Shown piece after piece: positions 27,542 to 36,417 of a DNA stretch of 45,692 bases; the stretch's first letter is position 1, and each line of letters opens with the position of its first letter. The position numbers were made by a program, and so were the translations under genes. The DNA is from Candidatus Saccharibacteria bacterium RIFCSPHIGHO2_12_FULL_41_12 (GTDB lineage: Bacteria; Patescibacteriota; Saccharimonadia; Saccharimonadales; 2-12-FULL-41-12), in NCBI GenBank assembly GCA_001790445.1, contig MGCQ01000009.1, positions 33,799 to 79,490 on the forward strand, given 5' to 3'. The notes under the pieces are model-generated. The model was not told the DNA's origin, made no database searches, and was given only the letters and a program-made list of their open reading frames with translations.

Positions 27542-28336
27542 TTATCCGATGTCTCTTCGTCTAAAACTCACCCAGCCGATGAATATGCAGACAGCTATTA
27601 AAATGACAAAAAATAGTGCATTTGACCAGTTGTAAGTTTCTCTGAGAATTGCCTCAGACTTGTAGTAGCTAAAAGGGAATAGCTTGCTTGGGTTTTCAAG
27701 CCAACTGACGGTCCCCGCAAGAGAACTAACTAGATAGCCACCAATTGCAATGAGTGAGGCAATCCCCAGGCTTGCACCGCGGGCTTTGCCAATAGTTGTC
27801 AACATAAAAGCTATAGCGCCAAAGCTAAGCGTTAGCAAAAAACAACCAAAAGTAGCCAAACACATCAAAATAACAGAGACATCTAATTTGACAAACTTTG
27901 CAGTTATTACAGTTGTCAGAAGTCCGACAAGAGTTATGGCGGTAAGTATAATTATGCCCGCCGAACCTTTGGCAAGAAGAAAGGCCGATCTGGATATTGG
28001 TCTTGAAAGCAAGCCTTCAATAGTGCCGTCTTGTTCTTCCCGAGCGATCAAGCTACTGCCCAGCCCGATTGCCAAAATTCCCAAAATTAGAGGAAGCATT
28101 ATAAAGAATATCTGACTGTTTAAAAAGCCAATTGGCGAAAAGAAGTCAGTGCTCCCGCCAAATAGTTGTACAGCCGCGTCTGGCATGTTCTCAAAACTTT
28201 TTTGTAATTGCTGGGCCTGGTCTTTGAACGAAGGATAAAAGATCATGTTGAGAAATATCATGCTGAACATGGCAACAGACCACCACATAATACTCCAACG
28301 TCTTTGCCAAAGAGTCCATCGTATTATTGCCTTCAT
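27542..28336 (-). CDS. ABC-2 type transporter permease
   Basis: 264 aa and six TM helices. It overlaps the upstream ATPase gene by 4 nt. Confidence 0.8.
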   Translation of the reverse strand: MKAIIRWTLWQRRWSIMWWSVAMFSMIFLNMIFYPSFKDQAQQLQKSFENMPDAAVQLFGGSTDFFSPIGFLNSQIFFIMLPLILGILAIGLGSSLIAREEQDGTIEGLLSRPISRSAFLLAKGSAGIIILTAITLVGLLTTVITAKFVKLDVSVILMCLATFGCFLLTLSFGAIAFMLTTIGKARGASLGIASLIAIGGYLVSSLAGTVSWLENPSKLFPFSYYKSEAILRETYNWSNALFFVILIAVCIFIGWVSFRRRDIG

Positions 28337-29247
28337 TTTTTGACCGCCTCGTTTTGGTAAAATCGCAAAAACACTTCCTCGAGATCTAAACTACGTGCTT
28401 CAACATTAGTCACATTGTGTTTTGCAAGCACAGCGAACAGTGGAGACAATTGCCCATGGACGTGGATAGTTGCAATATTATTATCATGATTTACTATCTT
28501 GACTCCATGAACTTTTTTTAGATTATTGATTGGCGCTTCGCCGACAAAAGTAATAACAAATGTTTGGGCGGCTTCGTGTGCCATTTCTTTTATGCTTCTT
28601 TCTGCCACGAGACGGCCGTCACGGATTATCCCAACCCGATCGCACATTTTTTGGACTTCACCAAGTATATGGCTACTGGTAAAAACCGTTGCTCCTCTGG
28701 CTTTGACCTCTTTGATCAATTCATAAAATTCTTCTTGCATGAGCGGATCAAGCCCGCTGGTTGGCTCGTCGAGTATAAATATATTTGGCTGGTGCATAAA
28801 AGCCTGAACAATATTAATTTTTTGACGATTGCCTCTGGATAACTCTCCTAGTTTTTTGTTCAGATCTGCCTTAAACCTTTTTGCAAGCTGATTGATATAA
28901 GTTTGGCTTTTGGCGGGTTGCAAATCGTTCAAATAAGCCAAATATTGACGTCCAGTCATTTTTGGATACATTTCTCCGTCTCCGGTTAGGTAGCCGACAG
29001 ACTTTTTAATATCAACGCTACCACGGACAATATCTTTTCCCAAAATGGTAGCCTGACCAGAGGTAGGTTGAATAAAATTCATCAGTAATCGAATAGTTGT
29101 AGATTTGCCGGCCCCGTTTGGACCCAAAAACCCGTAGACCTCACCAGGCTTAACAGAAATAGAAAGTTTGTCCAAAGCAAATGTATTTGAACTGTCGTAG
29201 CGTTTACTCAAATCTTTAATAATTATACTTGCCTCAGACCCAGCCAT
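28333..29247 (-). CDS. ABC transporter ATP-binding protein
   Basis: Walker A GPNGAGKST, signature LSRGNRQK, Walker B IFILDEPTSGLD. Confidence 0.93.
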   Translation of the reverse strand: MAGSEASIIIKDLSKRYDSSNTFALDKLSISVKPGEVYGFLGPNGAGKSTTIRLLMNFIQPTSGQATILGKDIVRGSVDIKKSVGYLTGDGEMYPKMTGRQYLAYLNDLQPAKSQTYINQLAKRFKADLNKKLGELSRGNRQKINIVQAFMHQPNIFILDEPTSGLDPLMQEEFYELIKEVKARGATVFTSSHILGEVQKMCDRVGIIRDGRLVAERSIKEMAHEAAQTFVITFVGEAPINNLKKVHGVKIVNHDNNIATIHVHGQLSPLFAVLAKHNVTNVEARSLDLEEVFLRFYQNEAVKK

Positions 29248-29299
29248 ATACTAATTGTACCAGTTTGGGACAAAACTTTCAGTGGCTAAGGTAGTATAG

Positions 29300-31435
29300 T
29301 TATTTTTTCTTTTCACTCATTCCTGTAGTGGAGTCGGTTTTTGTTTTGACTACTTTTTTCTTTGGCTTTTCTTTGATCTTGGTTGTGGCTACCGGTATGG
29401 AGAAGCTAAATGTGCTACCAACGCCTTCCTCAGATTTTTCTAGGGCGATATTGCCTCCCATATTTTCTACAATCATTTTGGAGATGTACAGACCCAGCCC
29501 CGTGCCACGAGTAGTGTCGCGGGTGATTAGGCTGTCACCAGCTTGCTGGAATTTATGAAACAAGAGTTGCTGTGATTCTGATGACATGCCATGACCTGTA
29601 TCTTCAACAAATATTTTGACAAATTTGTCATTTGCCTCTGCCCGAATAGTTATCCCTCCTTTTTCAGTAAATTTAGTAGCATTACCAACCAGATTATAGA
29701 CAACTTGTTTTAGGCGATTTTTGTCAGCCCAGACTTTTGGCAAAGTGTCGAGAGTTAGCTTTTCTACCGTTATCTGAAGGTGTCTATTGGCCATTTCTTC
29801 TTTCATTTCATAAGCGACTTTTTCAATAACTTCCTGTAAATTGACAGCTTCATAGTCATAACTTACTTTGCCTTGTTCAAGGCGCGATATGTCTAAGAAA
29901 TCGTTGACAATATCTATTAAGCGGACAGAACTTTCGTGGACATCTGCCACCATTTCTTTAAGAGTGTCGTCTTTTAATATTTCTTTGTAGTAATCCATGA
30001 TCATACTGCTGTTACCCTTTATGGCCGTCAACGGGGTTCTCAGTTCATGTGAAGCGATAGAAAAAAACTCATCTTTTGAACGTTCCATGACTTTTTGTTC
30101 GGTGATTTCTTCTATAAGTACTACCGTCCCTATAATCTTGTCCAGCTTTGCGATAACCGGAGCGCCAAAAATACTGAGGATATGATTACCATAAGTGGCT
30201 TCTTTGATTTCAAAAGGCTTGCCATCTTTTTGGCATGTGGCAATGGCTTCATTTAAATTATGTTTTTTTATTTGTTGAAGTTTTTGTTGTATCTGGGCTA
30301 AGGTAACGCTTGCTCCGACTTTTCTGCTAGATAATGCTGTGTCACGCAGCCCTAGAATATTAATCAAGGCCGGGTTGTATGAAATATTATCGCGGTCGTT
30401 AAATGTCATTAGTAGTCCAACGTTTAGCCCATCAATTGCCGAACTAAGACGGGCTTTTTCTTCTGTGATTTCAAGAGTACGTTCGATAACTTGTTTTTCA
30501 ATCTCTTTCTTGCTGGATTGTTCTGTATTAATCAGACGACCTTGTTGCATAATTCGTCCGACAGTGTACATTACGATAAGAATCGTGCTCAAGAAAACCC
30601 CTAAAATCACGAGCATATAAAAAAACAAGGTATGTTGTGCTTGCTGGAAAATGCTCCTAGGAGCTTCGACATGTGCAACAAGTAAAGGCTTTCCGTATAT
30701 ATCGTTGATTACTTGATATCCAGATATAAGTTGGTTGCCAGTGGTTTGTATTCGGGCAGAGTCGTCCGAAGTGTTATCAGCCTCTGGAGTTTTGGCTCCA
30801 CTAGCATCAATTGCTGGGTCGAATTTTAAATTGAGGTGGGTTAGCTCACCGAGCTTGGCTACGTTTTCTTGCTTGAGGTAACGTGCAAAGACAAGGGTGC
30901 CACGCACAGGCCCAGATTCATCGCTCCGCAATATAGGACTAGACGAAATAATCAATGGATAAGCAGAAGTGTTGATTAGTCCACTATGTTCTTCATCTTT
31001 TGTCTTTGCCAATAGACTACTATTTGGGGCAAAAGCTTTTGAGAGCTCTTGTGGCAAGGGTATATTCTCCCCATTCTCGGTATTAATACCTGCAGAGAAG
31101 ACTAGACGTTGATTATCGTCATAAAAAAGCACAAAGTTGATTTTTAAATTCTGCAGGCTTGCGCTTTGAACATTCGATATTATGTAGGCATTATTACGAT
31201 CTTTTATAAATTTGTAGGTATCATCCCATGATGACCAATCAGGTGTCTTTTGGGCCAGCTGATTAACTTCGTTGTTTAGAGCATCAACCCCCCGAGAAGT
31301 ATCTTGTTTGGTATTGTTGGCTTCAATCGCGACGTATTTAGATTGGACAAGAGTAATGGTTGCAACCCAGGTGGCTACGGCAGCAACTAAAAAAACAAAA
31401 CAAACAATGCCAAATATTTTTGACTGTACTTTCAT
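29300..31435 (-). CDS. Sensor histidine kinase with a large extracytoplasmic sensor domain
   Basis: 711 aa. Two TM helices flank a ~250-aa ectodomain, followed by a PAS-like region, the H-box SHELRTPLTAI, and N/G boxes (NLVGNATKFT, DTGHGM, GTGLGL). No response regulator is present in the window. Confidence 0.9.
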   Translation of the reverse strand: MKVQSKIFGIVCFVFLVAAVATWVATITLVQSKYVAIEANNTKQDTSRGVDALNNEVNQLAQKTPDWSSWDDTYKFIKDRNNAYIISNVQSASLQNLKINFVLFYDDNQRLVFSAGINTENGENIPLPQELSKAFAPNSSLLAKTKDEEHSGLINTSAYPLIISSSPILRSDESGPVRGTLVFARYLKQENVAKLGELTHLNLKFDPAIDASGAKTPEADNTSDDSARIQTTGNQLISGYQVINDIYGKPLLVAHVEAPRSIFQQAQHTLFFYMLVILGVFLSTILIVMYTVGRIMQQGRLINTEQSSKKEIEKQVIERTLEITEEKARLSSAIDGLNVGLLMTFNDRDNISYNPALINILGLRDTALSSRKVGASVTLAQIQQKLQQIKKHNLNEAIATCQKDGKPFEIKEATYGNHILSIFGAPVIAKLDKIIGTVVLIEEITEQKVMERSKDEFFSIASHELRTPLTAIKGNSSMIMDYYKEILKDDTLKEMVADVHESSVRLIDIVNDFLDISRLEQGKVSYDYEAVNLQEVIEKVAYEMKEEMANRHLQITVEKLTLDTLPKVWADKNRLKQVVYNLVGNATKFTEKGGITIRAEANDKFVKIFVEDTGHGMSSESQQLLFHKFQQAGDSLITRDTTRGTGLGLYISKMIVENMGGNIALEKSEEGVGSTFSFSIPVATTKIKEKPKKKVVKTKTDSTTGMSEKKK

Positions 31436-31560
31436 CCTTGCATTTTAACATACAAGCGTAAGCGTTTTGATACATATTTGTGCGGTTTGCCCAAAGTATA
31501 CAGTGCTGTTTTAGATCCGGCAGAAACACTTGTCAAAAGAATATTATAACGTGAAAATAC

Positions 31561-31728
31561 TTGACTCGACTTACGCAAATCCCCGCATTCTCCAGAATCT
31601 TCCAGAGGAGATTTAGAAATTCTTTTCTCTGGTGGAAGCACACCTGTAGGTGTGGTGACATCAGAAAAAAGGGTTCTGGACTCATCTGGAGAGTTTGAGA
31701 GTGTGGAGATTTGCGTAAGTCGAGTCAA
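31561..31728. repeat. 168-bp element bounded by perfect 21-bp inverted repeats (MITE-like or structured RNA)
   Basis: TTGACTCGACTTACGCAAATC at 31561-31581 has its exact reverse complement at 31708-31728. The interior contains CACACC-TGTA-GGTGTG and several CCAGA/TCTGG pairings. Confidence 0.6.
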
Positions 31729-31767
31729 CACTGTGCTCATTAAGTAGTCAACTAAGCTATAGATAGC

Positions 31768-32745
31768 TTAGTTTGCGCGGGATTGTTGACGTTTCTTTTT
31801 GATAAATATGTATGCGGTTGCTAAGACGGCACCGACTCCCAATACGCCAACAATGATAATTAGCTTGATTAAGCCGTTTGATCGCTTTGCGGCGGTAGTG
31901 CTGGCAACTTTGTCCTGGGTTTTTTCTGCCTCCTTGACGGCAAATTTCAGTATTTCAATTTTTGATGATGTTTTTTTGGTGGTTGGGTCGGTCACCTCAG
32001 CCTCAGCATGGTGATTCCCAACAGGCAGCCCAATCACAGACAAAGTCCATTTACCCTGAGCATCAGCGGTTACGCTAAATTTCTTTGGCTGGGAATAGAC
32101 ATATATGGTAACTATTCCGTTTGGTATGGTCGTGCCGGTAAAAACTATCGGTTTATCCTGTGTGGTAGTAAAGGTATCTTTGACTTTTGCCAACGGCTGA
32201 CTGTTAATTTGCACTTGGGTCATGTCGAGTGGTTTAGTTTCTGTTTGTTGAGTTGTGGTAGTTGAAGGAGTTGTTGAGCTAGGCCTGGATGTTGAAGTGT
32301 TGGTTGTTGTTGAAGGAGCGGGTGTAGGCGTTGGAGCAGGAGGTGGCACAGTAAACGTCACAGTTCCGGTGTTTTGTACGTTTCCATAAGTACAATGTAC
32401 GAAATTAATAGTTTTGGTTTCTGCTACAGTTGACTTAATAGTAAAATAGGTATACCCATCAGAGCCGGTATTAGCTGTATTTGACGACAGGGTATTACCG
32501 CTACCTGATACATTAAGGCATATTGGATAATCAGGGATTACTACAAATGGTCCATTTTCTGGGTATACGCCTATGGTTATGGTCGAGACTCCGTCGGCTG
32601 GTGCTGGTGATCCAACTGTTTTACCGATTGTGGGCAAATATCCACCAGCACCCTTTACGGTGTTGCTGCCGACTGTTAACGAGAGAGCCACAATTACAAA
32701 CGAAGATAAAATACAAACGACCGATAATAGTAATATTTTTTTCAT
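31768..32745 (-). CDS. Cell-surface protein: signal peptide, Ig-like domains, Thr/Pro-rich linker and a C-terminal TM anchor
   Basis: The start is placed at MKKILLLSVV (ATG complement 32743-32745). The track's extension to 32820 runs into the IS terminal repeat. The linker reads PPPAPTPTPAPSTTTNTSTSRPSSTTPSTTTTQQ, and the C-terminus is LIIIVGVLGVGAVLATAYIFIKKKR. Confidence 0.7.
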   Translation of the reverse strand: MKKILLLSVVCILSSFVIVALSLTVGSNTVKGAGGYLPTIGKTVGSPAPADGVSTITIGVYPENGPFVVIPDYPICLNVSGSGNTLSSNTANTGSDGYTYFTIKSTVAETKTINFVHCTYGNVQNTGTVTFTVPPPAPTPTPAPSTTTNTSTSRPSSTTPSTTTTQQTETKPLDMTQVQINSQPLAKVKDTFTTTQDKPIVFTGTTIPNGIVTIYVYSQPKKFSVTADAQGKWTLSVIGLPVGNHHAEAEVTDPTTKKTSSKIEILKFAVKEAEKTQDKVASTTAAKRSNGLIKLIIIVGVLGVGAVLATAYIFIKKKRQQSRAN

Positions 32746-32807
32746 TTTTGTTTTAATTAATCTTACGTATAACTTATACCATAAAAAAATCCCAACAGTC
32801 AAGCGAT

Positions 32808-33883
32808 TGTGGAGGTTCAATACATCGAGGACACTTCTATACCTAGTTTGGCCTTGTATTCATTTGGTGTCAAGTAGTTCAAAGACTGGTGGGGTCGGTA
32901 ACTATGGTATTTGTCTAGCCATTGATCAATAATCTGTTGTTGGTCTGCTAGGTCAGTAGCGACTCCACCCCACTGGAGACATTCACGCTCCAAACTACCA
33001 ATAACCCTCTCAACATGGGGTTTGTCTTTGGGGGTGTGTGGTCGAGCCCAGTAGTGTTTGGTTGGCTGAGATTCTAGGAGTGATGCAAATGCACCCATGT
33101 TCTCACTGCCATTGTCGGTTAGAACTGCCTGCGGTGGTAGTCCAAGTTTGTGTACAGCTTTCTTCCAAGCTATTACACCCTGGGCACTGGAAATAGTGCT
33201 AGCTACATGGACAACGGTCTCTTTACTCACAACATCAATGACTACAAAACCATAGCGTTTGGTGCCAGTATTCGGTAGATGTTTCACATCTACCTCAACT
33301 AGGTCTCTTGGTTGGGTGGCTACGAATCCCTTGGGTTTACGGATTCGCTTAATGCTTTGTCTGCGTCCTGGGTGACCTTTGGGTCTCACTGGAGGAGTAA
33401 AGAAAAGATTGTACCGAGTAATAACTCGGCCAACTGTGGAGGCACTCAGTGAGTAGCCATAGTCACGTTTTAGGATAACAGCTAGTTTGTATTTGGAGTA
33501 TTCAGGGTTGGCTTTTCGGAGGAAGCGAACTGTACTTAAGACTTCTTGGGGTACGAGCGACTTACGTACATGCTTTGGTCTTGTGCTAAGGGTCTCCAGC
33601 CCTGCAATACCTTGGGTATTAAATCTTTTCAGCCATTTGTAGAAACAACTCTTGGCAATACCGTAGTGACGACAAGTTAGCATAGCGTCATTACTGTGTT
33701 GGTGGTAGTAGTCTATCCATGACAAGCGAAGCTTTGCTTCTTTACTTAATGAAATAGTAGTACGGATACTACCTAGTCCTGGCACTAACGTGCCAATACA
33801 GGTCTGCGACCCGATCTTTCTAGCCATATGAGAACCTCCTCTAGTTTAGTCTAGAGTGTTCTCGATGTGTTTGAACCTGGACA
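32808..33883 (-). mobile_element. IS481-family insertion sequence, apparently intact, with a 5-bp target-site duplication
   Basis: The terminal inverted repeats are TGTGGAGGTTCAATACATCGAGGACACT (32808-) and the reverse complement of the right end, TGTCCAGGTTCAAACACATCGAGAACACT (ending 33883). GCGAT directly flanks both ends (32803-32807 and 33884-33888). A single transposase ORF lies inside. Confidence 0.8.
32817..33827 (-). CDS. IS481-family DDE transposase (HTH plus rve integrase core)
   Basis: 336 aa. N-terminal HTH region (CRHYGIAKSCFYKWLKRF), DDE core (VEVDVKH..., LTDNGSEN, HVERVIGSLERE) and a C-terminal YHSYRPHQSLNYLTP motif. Confidence 0.9.
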   Translation of the reverse strand: MARKIGSQTCIGTLVPGLGSIRTTISLSKEAKLRLSWIDYYHQHSNDAMLTCRHYGIAKSCFYKWLKRFNTQGIAGLETLSTRPKHVRKSLVPQEVLSTVRFLRKANPEYSKYKLAVILKRDYGYSLSASTVGRVITRYNLFFTPPVRPKGHPGRRQSIKRIRKPKGFVATQPRDLVEVDVKHLPNTGTKRYGFVVIDVVSKETVVHVASTISSAQGVIAWKKAVHKLGLPPQAVLTDNGSENMGAFASLLESQPTKHYWARPHTPKDKPHVERVIGSLERECLQWGGVATDLADQQQIIDQWLDKYHSYRPHQSLNYLTPNEYKAKLGIEVSSMY

Positions 33884-34039
33884 GCGATATTATTAAAAAC
33901 CTGAAATCCCCCTTTTTCTATTCAGAGATTTATTCAATGGGTAATTAAACCTGACTGACCAAAACAAATCTACAATAGATAACTAAGTTTTGTGTCGTTG
34001 GGGTATAATAAGCATAAATATAATTTTGGGGGGCACACT

Positions 34040-34702
34040 ATGAAAAAAAACGAAAACGGCTTTAGCTTTATTGGGTTTCTGCTAATTCTGATAATAATTG
34101 CAATTCTTGGTTTCGTGGGTTGGTATGTATACAAAGCTAACAACGACGCTAAAAACGCTCAAAAAAACACCTCTCAAGAAGCAGAAAATCCATCCAAATC
34201 AATCAAGTCAAAAAAATCCGCGCCGATTGATCCAACTAAGGATTGGACTGCGTACTCTGATGCCAAAGGACAATTTTCTCTGAAATACCCTGTAAAATGG
34301 GTTAAAGCTGAGCGTCCTGAGCTGTGTAATCCAGGACTCTTGTTATTGGGAGCGAACGCAAGTTCTGTTGGAGTTTGTGCCAGCGAAAGTTTTGGTCAGG
34401 TCGCCATTGCGTCCATCGCTGGAGATCAGCGGGCTGATAACAAACTTGCTGCCGGTTACAACAACATCACTAGCCAGCAGGTTACAGTCGATGGCGTGGT
34501 CGGGACCAGAGATGCCGGCTCGGCCTTTGGGCAACAAAGCGAAATCGGGGCCGTTTACCCCAATGGTACCAAAGTCGTAAAATACATATTTTTCACGGCG
34601 GGCATCACCTACACAGCAACTTACGTCCAAGGAGCAAATTATCCGGACGCGCTGAGTGATTTTGACCTACTGGTTACCAAAACACTCAAATTTTCTAGCT
34701 AA
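34040..34702 (+). CDS. N-terminally anchored secreted hypothetical protein
   Basis: MKKNENGFSFIGFLLILIIIAILGFVGWYVY, then a polar linker and a ~150-aa globular domain. Start taken at ATG 34040; the track starts at GTG 33992. Confidence 0.6.
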   Translation: MKKNENGFSFIGFLLILIIIAILGFVGWYVYKANNDAKNAQKNTSQEAENPSKSIKSKKSAPIDPTKDWTAYSDAKGQFSLKYPVKWVKAERPELCNPGLLLLGANASSVGVCASESFGQVAIASIAGDQRADNKLAAGYNNITSQQVTVDGVVGTRDAGSAFGQQSEIGAVYPNGTKVVKYIFFTAGITYTATYVQGANYPDALSDFDLLVTKTLKFSS

Positions 34703-34753
34703 AACAGTTTTTTTGAACGTGGGCATATTTTAATTTTCTGGATTTGTCGTGGG

Positions 34754-35350
34754 CTAATCATGATGTCTGTAGCGATAGTAAAATTGCATGATTATTGCCG
34801 TGTAGATCAGACCTTGAATACAGCCGGCGATAAGTGGCCATGAGTGTATGAGAATGCCATAGGCAAGCGTACATAACATGGCTCCAAGCGCAAACATGAG
34901 ACCTTTTTCAGATATACCACTGACTTTTTTCTTTGTAATAACTTTCATTAGCCAAGGGGTTGCGGCAATCCAGTTAAAGATCATACCCACCCAACCCGAG
35001 CTGGCAGGATGACGTAGTAGCATATAACTTGTTAGTGGTCCAACAACTGCAATAGCAATTATTCCTTTAGCAAACTGTTTTTTGTTTGAGAGTGTAAAGC
35101 CCAGAATAGACATGGTCAGCGCTAGAACTATCACGTTGGTGACAAACGGATACCAAAGATGTTGCAAAGCAAAGTATGCACACCAGGCCACATTTCCTGC
35201 TGCATTAAGTGTCTGACTTGGTGCTGAAAGACCACGGGTATTGTGAGTTTTAACAAGACGCCTTAGTTGTGAGGTAGCACTCAAGACCCAAAAACCTTCA
35301 CCAATTACAATCAACACGTTACCAGCTAGCGAAGGATGATAGATCACCAT
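34754..35350 (-). CDS. Seven-TM membrane protein with two PQ-loop/MtN3-like repeats (SWEET-like 3+1+3 layout)
   Basis: 198 aa. Two repeats each follow a first helix with a basic loop: SQLRRLVKTHNTRGLS and PWLMKVITKKKVSGIS. Seven hydrophobic segments. The family assignment rests on pattern recognition only. Confidence 0.5.
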   Translation of the reverse strand: MVIYHPSLAGNVLIVIGEGFWVLSATSQLRRLVKTHNTRGLSAPSQTLNAAGNVAWCAYFALQHLWYPFVTNVIVLALTMSILGFTLSNKKQFAKGIIAIAVVGPLTSYMLLRHPASSGWVGMIFNWIAATPWLMKVITKKKVSGISEKGLMFALGAMLCTLAYGILIHSWPLIAGCIQGLIYTAIIMQFYYRYRHHD

Positions 35351-35476
35351 AGAAGTTTATCATAGCCGTTATTTTAGCTAGCTTGGTGATTTACGCCTTG
35401 GTAGTCTACGGCGACGAAGCATAAGAATAAACAAAAATTTTCCAAATAATCTGTGCAGGGGCTATACTATTGCAAT

Positions 35477-36325
35477 ATGTCGTGGCAATTCTTTATAGCT
35501 ATCAGTGTGATTACGAGCTCTGTGGCTGTTTTGCTCCAGAGATTACTCCTGCACAGAGACAAAAGTAACCCCTACGCCTACATTGTAGTTTTTGAAGGTT
35601 TAGTCGCATTATTTGTCGGAACGTATGCTGTTATTAATGGGTTTGTTATGCCAGATTTTGGTAAATACTGGCTAGCTATCATTGCAACTTGTGTTTTGTA
35701 CGGTGCAGGCAACGTTGCCTACGCAAAGACTCTTCAACGAGTAGAAGCATCTATCTTTTCTGTACTATTTGCAACCGGAGCAGTGTGGGTGATGCTTATG
35801 GGAATTATTTTTCTTGATGAAGTTTTGTCTACTTCACAAATAATTGGCTCTGTTTTAATCTTTATTAGCATTGCAGTTTTAGGTTATAGTAAGAAATCTT
35901 TAAAATTTAGCAAAGGTATTTTGTTCGGATTATTGACAGGACTAATCTACGGTGTTGCCACGGCACTGTGGGCTTATGTTGGTCGTGGTTCAGATGTAGC
36001 TTCATGGACAGCTATAAGTTTTGCAGGACCATCTTTAGTAGTGCTTTTGGCATATCCTAGCTCCGCCCCCCACATTAAATCATTCCTGAGCGGTACGAAG
36101 TTGATCAGAATGGTACTACTTGGTTTGTTTTTCAGCGTTGCTTCCGTCTCACTTTTAACTGCTTATAACAGAGGGGATGTCAGTGCAGTCGCACCTATTA
36201 ACCAAACAGCTATTGTCATCACAACCTTGCTTGCAGTAATTTTCTTAAGAGAAAGAGATCATCTGCCTAAGAAAATTCTATCAGCCACAATTTGTTTTAT
36301 AGGGGCGTTGTTAATAGCTTTTTAG
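35477..36325 (+). CDS. EamA/DMT-family transporter
   Basis: Ten TM helices in two EamA-like halves. Start taken at ATG 35477, with TATACT 8 nt upstream. The track's GTG 35453 would include that -10 box. Confidence 0.8.
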   Translation: MSWQFFIAISVITSSVAVLLQRLLLHRDKSNPYAYIVVFEGLVALFVGTYAVINGFVMPDFGKYWLAIIATCVLYGAGNVAYAKTLQRVEASIFSVLFATGAVWVMLMGIIFLDEVLSTSQIIGSVLIFISIAVLGYSKKSLKFSKGILFGLLTGLIYGVATALWAYVGRGSDVASWTAISFAGPSLVVLLAYPSSAPHIKSFLSGTKLIRMVLLGLFFSVASVSLLTAYNRGDVSAVAPINQTAIVITTLLAVIFLRERDHLPKKILSATICFIGALLIAF

Positions 36326-36417
36326 GCTAGAGATATTAGGTGGCTTGAGTTCCAGGAACGTTAGAGAAGTTGCTAGATAGTTTCATTTTAAGCAGCTAAA
36401 AAAGGAAATATCAAAAA

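Noticed and set aside
31600-31660. A hammerhead-ribozyme-like CUGAUG...GAAA within the inverted-repeat element (minus strand).
   Set aside because: The core reads CUGAUGU rather than CUGAUGA. The GAAA is not positioned directly after the stem-II-like hairpin, so the three-way junction cannot be drawn.
31432-31740. A 102-aa ORF upstream of the histidine kinase, ending in an ATGA overlap with it.
   Set aside because: It is almost exactly co-extensive with the 168-bp inverted-repeat element. Both 21-bp arms would have to be translated. The product is Ser/Thr/Leu-rich with no recognisable features and there is no ribosome-binding site. It is more likely non-coding, though a coding role cannot be formally excluded.
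32746-32820. The N-terminal extension (MNLHNRLTVGIFLWYKLYVRLIKTK) of the surface-protein ORF.
   Set aside because: The extension reads into the IS terminal inverted repeat. The downstream MKKILLL... start gives a normal signal peptide.
34040-34130. A type IV prepilin signal in MKKNENG/FSFIGFLLIL... Similarly MKKLNQNG/ATHLIIL... at 36912-36820 on the minus strand.
   Set aside because: The Gly-Phe junction is suggestive. However, the conserved Glu at +5 is missing in both, and no pilus assembly genes are nearby. I treat them as generic N-terminal anchors.
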